From positions 160,001 to 224,000 of the forward strand of contig CAVYTA010000001.1 of the NCBI GenBank assembly GCA_963771355.1: a stretch of 64,000 bases of DNA, given 5' to 3'. A program made the position numbers and the translations under genes. Numbering within the stretch: the stretch's first letter is position 1; each line of letters starts with the position of its first letter. Below the pieces are notes generated by a model, which saw nothing but the letters and a program-made list of their open reading frames with translations, was not told where the DNA came from and made no database searches. Shown in pieces: positions 7,853-16,731 of this stretch. The DNA is from an uncultured Candidatus Rokubacteria bacterium. GTDB lineage: Bacteria; Methylomirabilota; Methylomirabilia; Rokubacteriales; CSP1-6.

Positions 7853-9442
7853 ATGAGAATCACCCGGATCGTGAGTCTCGTCCTCGTTGCCCTGCTGATC
7901 GGCACCGGCGCCTCGGCGCAGGACAAGCCGCGGCAGGGCGGCATCCTCACCTGGTTCGATTACGGCGACCCCGGCCGCCTCGACGTGCACGCGGAGTCGC
8001 CGCTGGTGGTCCAGCAGGCCACCGCGGGCGTCTACAGCGGGTTGCTGCACTATGACCCGGACGAGCCCACCAAGGTGGTCGGGGATCTCGCGGAGAAGTG
8101 GACCGTCTCCCCCGACGGGAAATCCTACACGTTCCACCTCCGCAAGGGCGTCAAGTGGCATGACGGCCAGCCCTTCACCTCCGCCGACGTCAAGGCGACC
8201 TTCGACCGCGTCCTCCACGCAGACTTCAAGAGCCCGAAGTGCGGCGCCTCGCTGAAGCCGATGGTCGCCAGCGTGGAGGCGGTGGACGCCAGCACCGTCA
8301 CCTTCCAGCTCAAGTTCGCCGCCGCGCCGTTCCTGCCCTCGGTGGCCTCGGCGTGGTGCCGCGTCGCCGCCAAGCACATCCTGGCCAAGTACGGCGACCT
8401 CAACGCCCCCGAGGCCCAGATCGGCACCGGGCCCTTCAAGTTCAAGAAGTACGAGCGGGGCAGCATCATCGAGTGGGAGCGGAACCCCGACTACTTCGTG
8501 AAGGGCCTGCCCTATCTGGACGGGGTGAAGCAGTTCATCCTGGTCGCCGGCCCCACCCAGCTCGCCGCCGCCAAGGCGAGCAAGGTCATGATGTGGGACG
8601 CGTGGCCGCCCATGCGCAAGACCCAGGCCGACGAGCTCCAGCGGGCGCGCGACGACGTGGACATCTATCAGGCGCCCATCAATACCATGTTCGTCATCTT
8701 CCTGAACGCCGCCAAGCCCCCCTTCAACAACGCGGATCTCCGCCGGGCGGTCAATCTCGTCATCGATCGGCAGGAGCTGGTGGCCAAGGCGCTGGAAGGC
8801 GCCGGGGTGCCGTGCGCCATCCTCGATCCCAAGCTGGTCGGCGACTTTGCGTTGCCGCTGGAGGAAGTGGCGAAGGCGCCGGGCTGCCGCCAGCCCAAGG
8901 AGCAGGACATCGCCGAGGCCAAGCGGCTGGTGGAGAAGCACCATCCGGGCGGACTGGACATCGAGATCGCCACGCGCGCGGTCGGGAACTACGTGGATCG
9001 CGCCCAGGTGGTGATCGCCCAGCTCCGGAAGATCGGCATCCGCGGCACGCTCAAGACGCACGAGAGCGCGGCCGGCTACGCCGCCTTCGGCAAGGGCGAC
9101 TTCACCATCATCGCCACCCAGGACCGCGCCATGGACATCAACGAGCCCTCGGGCATCTTCCACATCGTCTACACCACCGAGGCGGGGAGCAACTACGGAC
9201 GCCACACCGACGCCAAGGTGGACGAGCTCGCCGACAAGGCGCTGCGCGAGACCAACCGCGACAAGCGCAAGGCGCTCTACTGGGAGCTCCAGCGCCACCT
9301 CCTGAGCCGCGGGGACCACGCGTCCATCGCGGTGGGCTGGGTGGAGGGCTGGTTCTTCAAGGACAAGAAGCTGCGCGGCTTCAAGCCCGGCGTCACCGTC
9401 TACGACAACAACACCTTCATGAAGACCTGGATCGCCCCCTAG
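7853..9442 (+). CDS. ABC transporter substrate-binding protein, family 5 (DppA-like)
   Basis: Signal peptide; DLAEKW...YTFHLRKGVKWHDG, GTGPF and ERNPDY motifs. Confidence 0.92.
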   Translation: MRITRIVSLVLVALLIGTGASAQDKPRQGGILTWFDYGDPGRLDVHAESPLVVQQATAGVYSGLLHYDPDEPTKVVGDLAEKWTVSPDGKSYTFHLRKGVKWHDGQPFTSADVKATFDRVLHADFKSPKCGASLKPMVASVEAVDASTVTFQLKFAAAPFLPSVASAWCRVAAKHILAKYGDLNAPEAQIGTGPFKFKKYERGSIIEWERNPDYFVKGLPYLDGVKQFILVAGPTQLAAAKASKVMMWDAWPPMRKTQADELQRARDDVDIYQAPINTMFVIFLNAAKPPFNNADLRRAVNLVIDRQELVAKALEGAGVPCAILDPKLVGDFALPLEEVAKAPGCRQPKEQDIAEAKRLVEKHHPGGLDIEIATRAVGNYVDRAQVVIAQLRKIGIRGTLKTHESAAGYAAFGKGDFTIIATQDRAMDINEPSGIFHIVYTTEAGSNYGRHTDAKVDELADKALRETNRDKRKALYWELQRHLLSRGDHASIAVGWVEGWFFKDKKLRGFKPGVTVYDNNTFMKTWIAP

Positions 9443-9475
9443 CCGGCTTCGACGGCCCGGCGGCGGCCCCCGCGC

Positions 9476-10588
9476 TCAGCGCGCGGGCGTCGCCGCCGCG
9501 TGCGCGCCGAACCGCGGCATGACGTCGCGCGCGAGCAGCTCCATGGACCGCCGCCACAGCGCGGGGCGGTCCCAGTCATGCCCGGCCATGAGCAGGGTCC
9601 CGAAGTGGCCGATCTCGTCCCGCAGCGCCACCAGCTGATCCAGCACGCGGCGGGGGCTGCCCGCGATGATCATGCCCCGCTTCACCGCGTCCACGGTCAC
9701 GCGCTCGTCGGGCAGGTCCACGTCCGGCTTGATCATGAACAGCGCCTTCCGCCCCTGCGCAAAGCTGTGGATGAAGAACTTGTAGTAGAAGGAGAGCCCG
9801 TTGTCCGGGTCGGCCAGGTACTCCTCCGCCTCCGCGTCGGTCTCGGTGACGAGGATGCTGCGGGACACCCGCCACACGTCGGGGTCGGGCCGGCGTCCCA
9901 CCGCCTCGCAGCCCTCCAGGTACTTCTCCCAGTGGCCGCGGAGATAGCGGCGGTGGAAGAAGTTGCCGGAGATGGGGATCCAGCCCCGCTCCGCCGCCAC
10001 CTTGGCGCTCGCCGAGTTCGGCGTGATGATGGACAGCGCGATGGGCGGGTGCGGCTGCTGCAGCGGCCGCGGGATATAGCCGACCTTGAACTCCGGCCAC
10101 ACGCCGGTCTTGAGCGCGAACTTCCAGAAACGACCGTCGATCTCGTAGGGCGGATCCTGCGCCCAGAGCCTGAGCACGATGTCGATGGACTCCTGCACCA
10201 TCTGGGGCCGCAGCTCGGCCTGGCCCACCTCGAACATCTCGAGGTCGCTCACGAGCCCGCCCGGCCCGATGCCCATGATGAAGCGGCCGCCCGAGAGCTG
10301 ATCGAACATGGCCGCGTGCGCGGCCACCGTGGCGGGGTGGGTCTGCGGGAGGTTGAGCACGCCGGTGCCGAGCCGGATCTGCCGGGTTCGCGAGATGACG
10401 GTGGCGAGGAAGATGAGCGGGGACGTGATGCGCTCGCTCCAGGAGCTGAAGTGCTCGCCCACATAGGCCTCGGAGAAGCCGAGCTGGTCGGCCAGCACCA
10501 CCGCCTCCTGGTCCTCGGCGAGCAACTCGGCGTAATTGCGATCTGGGTGGTGGAACGGCATGGTGAACATCCCGAGCTTCACCGTCAT
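9476..10588 (-). CDS. Luciferase-like (LLM) flavin-dependent monooxygenase
   Basis: LGFSEAYVGEH, IRLGTGV, DQLSGGRF and QQPHPPI motifs. Confidence 0.9.
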   Translation of the reverse strand: MTVKLGMFTMPFHHPDRNYAELLAEDQEAVVLADQLGFSEAYVGEHFSSWSERITSPLIFLATVISRTRQIRLGTGVLNLPQTHPATVAAHAAMFDQLSGGRFIMGIGPGGLVSDLEMFEVGQAELRPQMVQESIDIVLRLWAQDPPYEIDGRFWKFALKTGVWPEFKVGYIPRPLQQPHPPIALSIITPNSASAKVAAERGWIPISGNFFHRRYLRGHWEKYLEGCEAVGRRPDPDVWRVSRSILVTETDAEAEEYLADPDNGLSFYYKFFIHSFAQGRKALFMIKPDVDLPDERVTVDAVKRGMIIAGSPRRVLDQLVALRDEIGHFGTLLMAGHDWDRPALWRRSMELLARDVMPRFGAHAAATPAR

Positions 10589-10592
10589 GGGG

Positions 10593-11387
10593 TCAGCTCC
10601 GCGTGATCTTGCCGAGCCCGGGGATGCGGCCCAGGAAATTGCCGGTGACGCCCCCGTCCACCACGAGGTCGTGGCCGTTGACGTAGCGGGCGTCGGGGCC
10701 CAGGAGAAAGGCGATGACGTCGGCCATGTCTTCCGGCGTGGCCACGCGCCCGAGCGGCACCAGCGCGTCGCGCGCGGCGGCGACCTCGCGGTCGGCGTAG
10801 ACCTGGGCGGTCATGCCGGTGCGGACCATGCCCGGCGAGACGGTATTGGCGCGAATGCCGTCGCGGCCGAACTCCTGCGCGAGCACCTGGCACAGCATGA
10901 TGACGGCGGCCTTGCTCGGCCCATAGGCGCCCAGGTTGGCGTGCGCGTTGCTGCCCGACATGGAAGCCACCGCGACGATGGCGCCGCCCGCGGCCTTGAG
11001 CGCGGGATGCGCGGCCTTGGCGAGGAGCCAGGTCGCCCGCACGTTGACGGCGAACATCTGGTCCCAGTCCGCGAGGGGATAGCTGACGAGGGGCCCGGGC
11101 CGGTTGATGCCGGCATTGCTCACGAGGCCATCGAGCCCACCGAAGCGGGCCACCGCGTCCGCCACCACGCGACCGGGCGCTTCCGCGGTGCCCATGTCGC
11201 CGGAAAGCGCCATCGCCTCCGCGCCGAGCGCGGCCAGCTCCGTGATAACGGCGTCGAGGGCCGTGGATCCGCCGAGGTCCACCGCGGCGATGCGCGCCGG
11301 CTTGCCCGCCGCCTTGCCGTCTCGCGCCAGCCGGAGACACGTGGCCCGCCCGATGCCGCTCGCCGCTCCCGTCACGATGACGCGCAT
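10593..11387 (-). CDS. SDR family oxidoreductase
   Basis: TGAASGIG, NAG, YxxxK (YGPSK) and VDGG motifs. Confidence 0.92.
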   Translation of the reverse strand: MRVIVTGAASGIGRATCLRLARDGKAAGKPARIAAVDLGGSTALDAVITELAALGAEAMALSGDMGTAEAPGRVVADAVARFGGLDGLVSNAGINRPGPLVSYPLADWDQMFAVNVRATWLLAKAAHPALKAAGGAIVAVASMSGSNAHANLGAYGPSKAAVIMLCQVLAQEFGRDGIRANTVSPGMVRTGMTAQVYADREVAAARDALVPLGRVATPEDMADVIAFLLGPDARYVNGHDLVVDGGVTGNFLGRIPGLGKITRS

Positions 11388-11481
11388 GGAACGCCTCCTG
11401 AATAGGATCTGGAATCGCGAGGAGTGTATCGCATTTCGTGCTATCCCTGTCCGGGTGAGCCCCGTCGCTCCGCCGGCAACG

Positions 11482-12702
11482 ATGCCGGCGGCCCGTTCCG
11501 CCCGGCTCGGAATTCTCGGAGAAGCCGACTACCGCCGCCTCTGGCTCTCCGGCCTCTGTCTCAATACCGCGAGATGGATGGACCTGGTCACGCTGGGGTG
11601 GCTCTCCTATCAGTTCACCGAGTCCGCGTTCATGGTGGGGCTCGCCGCCTTCGCACGCTCCGCGCCGATGATGGCGCTGGGGCCGTTCACGGGTGTGATC
11701 GCGGACCGCATGCATCGCGGCCACGTGCTCCTCTTCACCCAGGCCCTGGGCCTCGTCACCGGGCTGGCGCTGTCCGCCCTCTTTGCGTTTGGCACCGGCG
11801 GCTTCTGGCCCTTGGTCGGCCTCGAGGTGCTCTTCGGCGTGCTCTGGGCGCTCGACTTCCCCGCACGGCGCACCTCGCTCTTCACGCTGGTGGGCCCAGG
11901 CCGGGTAGCGAGCGCGGTGTCGCTGGAGACGGTGTCCATGCAGGTGGCGAAGATCGGGGGTCCGGTGCTCGCCGGTCTCGGGCTCGCGTGGCTCGGACCC
12001 GAGTCCTGCTACAGCGCGGTCGCCGCGCTCTACGCGGTGGGCCTCCTCGTGTCCAGCCGCCTGCCCGGCCGCATCGGCGGCCCGGTATCGCCGGCCAGCG
12101 CCTCGGTGGCGGCGAGCCTGCTGGCGGGCGCGCGCGCCGCGTGGACGGAGGGCACCGTGCGCGCGGTTCTCATCGTGACGGTGCTGATGAACGTGCTCTT
12201 CTTCCCGTACCAGAACATGCTGCCGGTGTTCACGCGCGAAGTGCTGGGCGCCGGGCCCGAATGGCTGGGCGCGCTCGTGGCCGCGGACGGGCTGGGCGCG
12301 CTCATCGGCGCGCTGGCCATCGCGGCCAGCCGCGGCTTCGTGCCCCATCGCCGGATCTTCGCCCTCTCGGTGCTGGTGGCGCCCTTTCTCCTGGTAGCCT
12401 TCGCGGCCACGCGCTCGCCCTGGCTCTGTCTCGCGCTACTCATGGTGATCGGCGCGGCGGAGTCCGGCTTCGCGACGATGCAGAGCACGCTGGTGCTGCT
12501 CTCGGCGCCGGAGGACGCACGCGGCGGCACCATGGGCATTCTCTCCGCGTGCATCGGCACCCAGCCGGTGGGCACGCTCTGGATCGGCTTCCTCGCCGGC
12601 GGCATCGGCGTGCCCGCGGCCATGGCGGTGAACGCGCTGTTCGCGCTGGGCTTCATGCTTCCGGTGGCCGGCCCTCTCGTCCGCGTGACTCCCCGGCGGT
12701 AG
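11482..12702 (+). CDS. MFS transporter
   Basis: About 12 hydrophobic segments and GVIADR motif A; the start could be GTG 11455 instead. Confidence 0.85.
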   Translation: MPAARSARLGILGEADYRRLWLSGLCLNTARWMDLVTLGWLSYQFTESAFMVGLAAFARSAPMMALGPFTGVIADRMHRGHVLLFTQALGLVTGLALSALFAFGTGGFWPLVGLEVLFGVLWALDFPARRTSLFTLVGPGRVASAVSLETVSMQVAKIGGPVLAGLGLAWLGPESCYSAVAALYAVGLLVSSRLPGRIGGPVSPASASVAASLLAGARAAWTEGTVRAVLIVTVLMNVLFFPYQNMLPVFTREVLGAGPEWLGALVAADGLGALIGALAIAASRGFVPHRRIFALSVLVAPFLLVAFAATRSPWLCLALLMVIGAAESGFATMQSTLVLLSAPEDARGGTMGILSACIGTQPVGTLWIGFLAGGIGVPAAMAVNALFALGFMLPVAGPLVRVTPRR

Positions 12703-12716
12703 GTTCGCCGCGTGCC

Positions 12717-13301
12717 TCAGGGCACCACCACGCGGCCGGCCACCGCGAAGCGCCCCCCGCCCTGGGGCGTGACGATCACCAGCTCGGCCGGATCCGGAGA
12801 GACGCCGGTGAGCGCTGAGATGGTGGAGCCGTGGGAGACGAGCACCAGGTTGCCGCCGGCGCGCCGCTCGCCGACCAGGGCCCGCATCTCGCGCACCTGA
12901 TCCGCCTGCCGCTCGGCGCGGCCGTAGAGATTACCGAGCGGTGTCCACACCTCGGCAGGCCCCCAGGCCAGCCGCGCGGTCTCGATGCACCGGCACCACG
13001 GGCTCGTCAGCAGCCGGTCCACCACGATGCCTCGCGCGCGGAAGGCCTCGCCCACCCGCCGCGCGTGGGCACGGCCGGCGTCGGTCAGGTTGCGCTGGCT
13101 GGCGCAATCGTCCAGGCGCATGTCGGGCGGGTCGCCCACCCCGGGGGTCGTGACGGCGTGGCGGACGAGGACGGCCTGACCGCCGGTCTTCAGCAGGGTC
13201 CAGAGGGGCTCGCTGGCACGCGCCGCCGCGGGGAAGGTCAAGAGAACGAGCGCCAGCGCGATCGTCGTGGTCACGAGGGCGAGAGGGCATCGCCTGAGCA
13301 C
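12717..13301 (-). CDS. Exported histidine phosphatase (phosphoglycerate mutase-like) family protein
   Basis: RHA, RNL, SPWCRC and LVSHG motifs; signal peptide; GAGGAGG SD before GTG 13301. Confidence 0.8.
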   Translation of the reverse strand: MLRRCPLALVTTTIALALVLLTFPAAARASEPLWTLLKTGGQAVLVRHAVTTPGVGDPPDMRLDDCASQRNLTDAGRAHARRVGEAFRARGIVVDRLLTSPWCRCIETARLAWGPAEVWTPLGNLYGRAERQADQVREMRALVGERRAGGNLVLVSHGSTISALTGVSPDPAELVIVTPQGGGRFAVAGRVVVP

Positions 13302-13315
13302 GCGCGCCTCCTCGG

Positions 13316-14236
13316 CTAGCCCAGTAGCGCGAGCAGGCGCTCGCGCGCGGCCGCGTCCGGGAGCGCGCCGATCCCCGCCTTCATGTTGTCCTGGAGATGC
13401 TCGCGCCGGCTCGTGGCGGGGATGGCGCAGGTGACGGCGGGATGCGCGAGAATCCACTTGAGAAAGAGCTGCGCCCAGCTCTCGGCGCCGAAGTCGGCGG
13501 CCCAGGCGGGGAGCGACTGGCCGCGCACGCGCTGGAAGAGCGCGCCCTCGGTGAAGGGGCGGTTCACGAGCACGGCGATCCCGCGGTCTCGGGCCAGCGG
13601 CAGGATGCGCTGCTCCGCTTCGCGCTCGCCGGCGGAATAGTTCACCTGGACGAAGTCCAGCGGCTCGGCGCGCAGCACGCGCTCGAGCTCGTCGTGCGCG
13701 CCCGCCGTGTAGTGGGTGACGCCGATGTAGCGGAGGCGGCCGGCCGCCTTCCAGTCGCGGAGCGTCCGGAGCTGGGCGCGCCAGTCGAGCAGGTTGTGGA
13801 TCTGCATGAGGTCGAGGCGCCGGGCCCGCAGGCGCCGGAACGACTGCTCCATCTGCGCGAGGCCGGCCTCGCGTCCGCTCGCCCAGACCTTGGTGGCGAA
13901 GAAGAGCTTGTCGGCGACGCCCAGCTCGCCGGCGAGGTCGCCCACCACCGCCTCGGCGGCGCCGTACATGGGTGACGAATCGACGACGCGGCCGCCCAGG
14001 GCCACGAAGGCGCCGATTACCTCCTTGAGCGGGGCGCGCTCGGCGGCGCCGGCGCCCACGTCGAAGGTGCGCCAGGTGCCCAGCCCCACCACGGGCAGCA
14101 TCTCGCCGCTCGACGGGATGGGGCGCGCCCGGAGCGGCTCCGCGGACGCGGCGCGGCTCGGCACGACGGCGGCCGCCGCCAGCAGACGGAGGGCCATTCG
14201 TCGGGTGAGTGGCAAGCCGACCTGCTCAGGCGTCAT
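13316..14236 (-). CDS. Aldo/keto reductase with Tat-like leader
   Basis: GLGTW, DSSPMYG, ATK, DLMQIHN and IPAT motifs; TRRMAL leader. Confidence 0.9.
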   Translation of the reverse strand: MTPEQVGLPLTRRMALRLLAAAAVVPSRAASAEPLRARPIPSSGEMLPVVGLGTWRTFDVGAGAAERAPLKEVIGAFVALGGRVVDSSPMYGAAEAVVGDLAGELGVADKLFFATKVWASGREAGLAQMEQSFRRLRARRLDLMQIHNLLDWRAQLRTLRDWKAAGRLRYIGVTHYTAGAHDELERVLRAEPLDFVQVNYSAGEREAEQRILPLARDRGIAVLVNRPFTEGALFQRVRGQSLPAWAADFGAESWAQLFLKWILAHPAVTCAIPATSRREHLQDNMKAGIGALPDAAARERLLALLG

Positions 14237-15485
14237 CGCGCAGTTGTTCCTCCCGCCGGCCGAGATAGACGGCCAGCGCGATCCACAGCGCGGCCAGCGG
14301 AAGCGCCACCAGCGAGACGCCGGCCATCCCGAGGCCGAGCGCGGACAGTCCGGCGAAGGCCCAGCCGCTCAGCGCGTCGCCGCCCCGGGAAATGACCGTG
14401 TCGATGAGGTTCTTGGTCTTGTACTTGTCCTCGCGGGGTACCACGGTGAACAGCATCTCACGGGCCGGTCCGGTGATCCCGTATTGCGCCGCGCGCCGCA
14501 GCACCTGGAACATGATCAAGACGCCCGCCGTCGCGGCCAGGGTGAGCACCGTGAATCCGGCCAGGGTCAGCACCGGAAGCGCCGGCAATACGCGGGTCAC
14601 CCCGAAGCGCGCCGCCAGGGCTCCGGTCACGAAGAGCTGGGCGCCAATGGTCAGCGCGTTCACGATCAGGTCCATCACGGCGAAGACGGCGGTGCGCCGG
14701 CCGGGGTCGGCGAAGGCCGACCGCATGATCTGCGCCTGCTGGAAGTACACGAAGGTCGCGAAGAGGGTGCCGAGCGCGACGAAGAGCGCGATGCCGGCGA
14801 GATAGGTCGATCCCAGCACCCGCGTGAAGCCGCCCAGCGCGCCGCCGCCGAGGGGCGATTCGTCGGCGGGGAGGGTGCCGGGCCCGGCCGCGTCCCCTCG
14901 GAGGCGCGCGACGCAGACCAGCGCGCCGGCGAGGAGCGCGGCGGCCACCGGCAACAAGTTGACCGGGCCCATCCGGGGCGCCAGCAGCGCGGTCACCGCG
15001 GGCCCCACCAGGGCCCCCGCGCTGCCGCCGGCGGCGATGAAGCCGAACAGCCGCCGCGCCTGCTCCTCGCGCCAGACGTCCGCCATGAAGCTCCAGAATA
15101 CCGACACCACGAAGAGGTTGAAGACGCTGAGCCAGATGAAGAAGGCGGCGGGCGCCCAGGCCGGCGCCCCCACTCCCCGGAGCAGCGCGAAGAGCCCCAG
15201 GATGCAGGCGATGAAAAATGCGTACACCACCGGCAGGAGCGTCCGCCGCGGGAAGCGGGCCGCGAGCAAGCCGAAGAGGGGGACCGCCGCCACCATGGCG
15301 GCGAAGGTACCGGTGAAGAGCCACGGGAGCTGCTCCACGCCCGTGGCCACGCCCATCTCCTCGCGCACGGGCCGCAGCACGTAGTAGCTCGCGAGCACGC
15401 AGAAGAAGTACGCGAAGGACCACAGCGCGGCGCGCCCCTCGCCGGGCCGGATCGCGAGCAGGCGCCCAGCCCGGTCGGTCAGCAC
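14226..15485 (-). CDS. MFS-fold nucleotide/ATP-ADP translocase-like (Npt1/AAA family) transporter
   Basis: YYVLRPVRE, FWSFMAD, RLFG and KYKTKNLIDT motifs. Confidence 0.8.
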   Translation of the reverse strand: MLTDRAGRLLAIRPGEGRAALWSFAYFFCVLASYYVLRPVREEMGVATGVEQLPWLFTGTFAAMVAAVPLFGLLAARFPRRTLLPVVYAFFIACILGLFALLRGVGAPAWAPAAFFIWLSVFNLFVVSVFWSFMADVWREEQARRLFGFIAAGGSAGALVGPAVTALLAPRMGPVNLLPVAAALLAGALVCVARLRGDAAGPGTLPADESPLGGGALGGFTRVLGSTYLAGIALFVALGTLFATFVYFQQAQIMRSAFADPGRRTAVFAVMDLIVNALTIGAQLFVTGALAARFGVTRVLPALPVLTLAGFTVLTLAATAGVLIMFQVLRRAAQYGITGPAREMLFTVVPREDKYKTKNLIDTVISRGGDALSGWAFAGLSALGLGMAGVSLVALPLAALWIALAVYLGRREEQLRDDA

Positions 15486-15498
15486 TCGACCGCCGCGG

Positions 15499-16731
15499 TC
15501 AGGCCGACGACGTCGGGGCCGCCGCCGTCGCGGGCTCGCGCGCTCCCAGCGGGCAGCCCGGCGGCATCGCCGCCTTCTTCTTGGCGATGATGTCCTTGGC
15601 GTAGCGCGCGAGGTAGTGGGTGATGGTCTCCACGCGGATCTTCACCGAGCCCGCCGGCTTGGTGGAGTCGAGATCCTGGAACGAGAAGAAGAGCGTCCCC
15701 GACCGCTCGACGATCTGCTGCACCGGCGTATACGTCGGCTGGTCCATCCCGCACTCGTAGCTGGCCAGCCGCACCACGCAGGCCACCCAGGGCGTGCGCG
15801 CGGCCGCCTTGGCGCCCCAGAGGATCTCGTTGGTGTTGGACGAGTAGGACGAGGGCCACACGTCCCGGATGTCGAAGGGGGAGCGGATGTGGCCGGCGCG
15901 GATGTCGTCTCCGAAGGCCCACTCCATGAGGTCCGGATCGGTGGGGAAGTACTGGGCCCACAGGACAGGATAGCCGTAGGCCTGGAGGTCCACCTCGATC
16001 TCGTGCCCGATCCCGGGGTCCATGTGGTACGGCCGGGCGAGCACCAGCAGGCAGGGCCGGTCCTCGCGCGCGCACCACTCGAGCACCTCGCGGCCCTTAC
16101 GGCGGAGCCGCGTGCTGAAGTCCGCCAGCGCCTTGTAGCCCGCGTCCACCGCGCGCGCCGTCTCCTCGGCGGTGAGCCCAGGGATGGCCTCCTGGAGGCC
16201 TTCCCAGAGCTGCTTGGGCACGAGCTTGGGCTCGTCCAGCGAGACGAAGGGCGAGGCGTAGCGGATGCCCTGCTCGGCGAAGACGTCGCGCTCCTTGATG
16301 AAGCCGGCCTTGATGTTCTCCGGCGCCGCCATCACGCGCGGGCAGGTCAGGGTGCGCGCCACGTGGCCGGAGAGGAAGGACGGCAGGTTGTAGATCATGG
16401 GCGAGAAGAGGACGTCGAGCTTCTCCTTCTGCCCGAAGATCAGCTCCCCGTAGTGCCCGGCGATGCACTTGACGGGATAGCAGCAGTCCACCGTGCCGCG
16501 GCCCTTGCCGAACTGGCGGCCCTGCTCCTCCGAGGTGTCCGAGGAGAAGACGAGCTTCCGCGCGTCCACGCCGAGCGCCCCGAAGAATCCCACCCAGAAC
16601 TGATGGGTGGACCAGAGGTTCAGAACGCGCGGGATCCCGATCCGGAGGCTAGCCCGCGGCGGCGGCGGACTCGACCCGGGGGCGGCGGAACGCGTCCGTC
16701 CGAACCATCTCGGCAACGTTAGGGTACTCAC
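15499..16731 (-). CDS. DUF2229/acyl-CoA dehydratase activase-related domain; probably the frameshifted C-terminus of the upstream activase (PlsA-like)
   Basis: RIGIPRVLN, DCCYPVK, ARPYH.DPG..H and SYECGMD motifs; 83-bp overlap with the upstream ORF and a non-family-like N-terminus. Confidence 0.8.
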   Translation of the reverse strand: MSTLTLPRWFGRTRSAAPGSSPPPPRASLRIGIPRVLNLWSTHQFWVGFFGALGVDARKLVFSSDTSEEQGRQFGKGRGTVDCCYPVKCIAGHYGELIFGQKEKLDVLFSPMIYNLPSFLSGHVARTLTCPRVMAAPENIKAGFIKERDVFAEQGIRYASPFVSLDEPKLVPKQLWEGLQEAIPGLTAEETARAVDAGYKALADFSTRLRRKGREVLEWCAREDRPCLLVLARPYHMDPGIGHEIEVDLQAYGYPVLWAQYFPTDPDLMEWAFGDDIRAGHIRSPFDIRDVWPSSYSSNTNEILWGAKAAARTPWVACVVRLASYECGMDQPTYTPVQQIVERSGTLFFSFQDLDSTKPAGSVKIRVETITHYLARYAKDIIAKKKAAMPPGCPLGAREPATAAAPTSSA

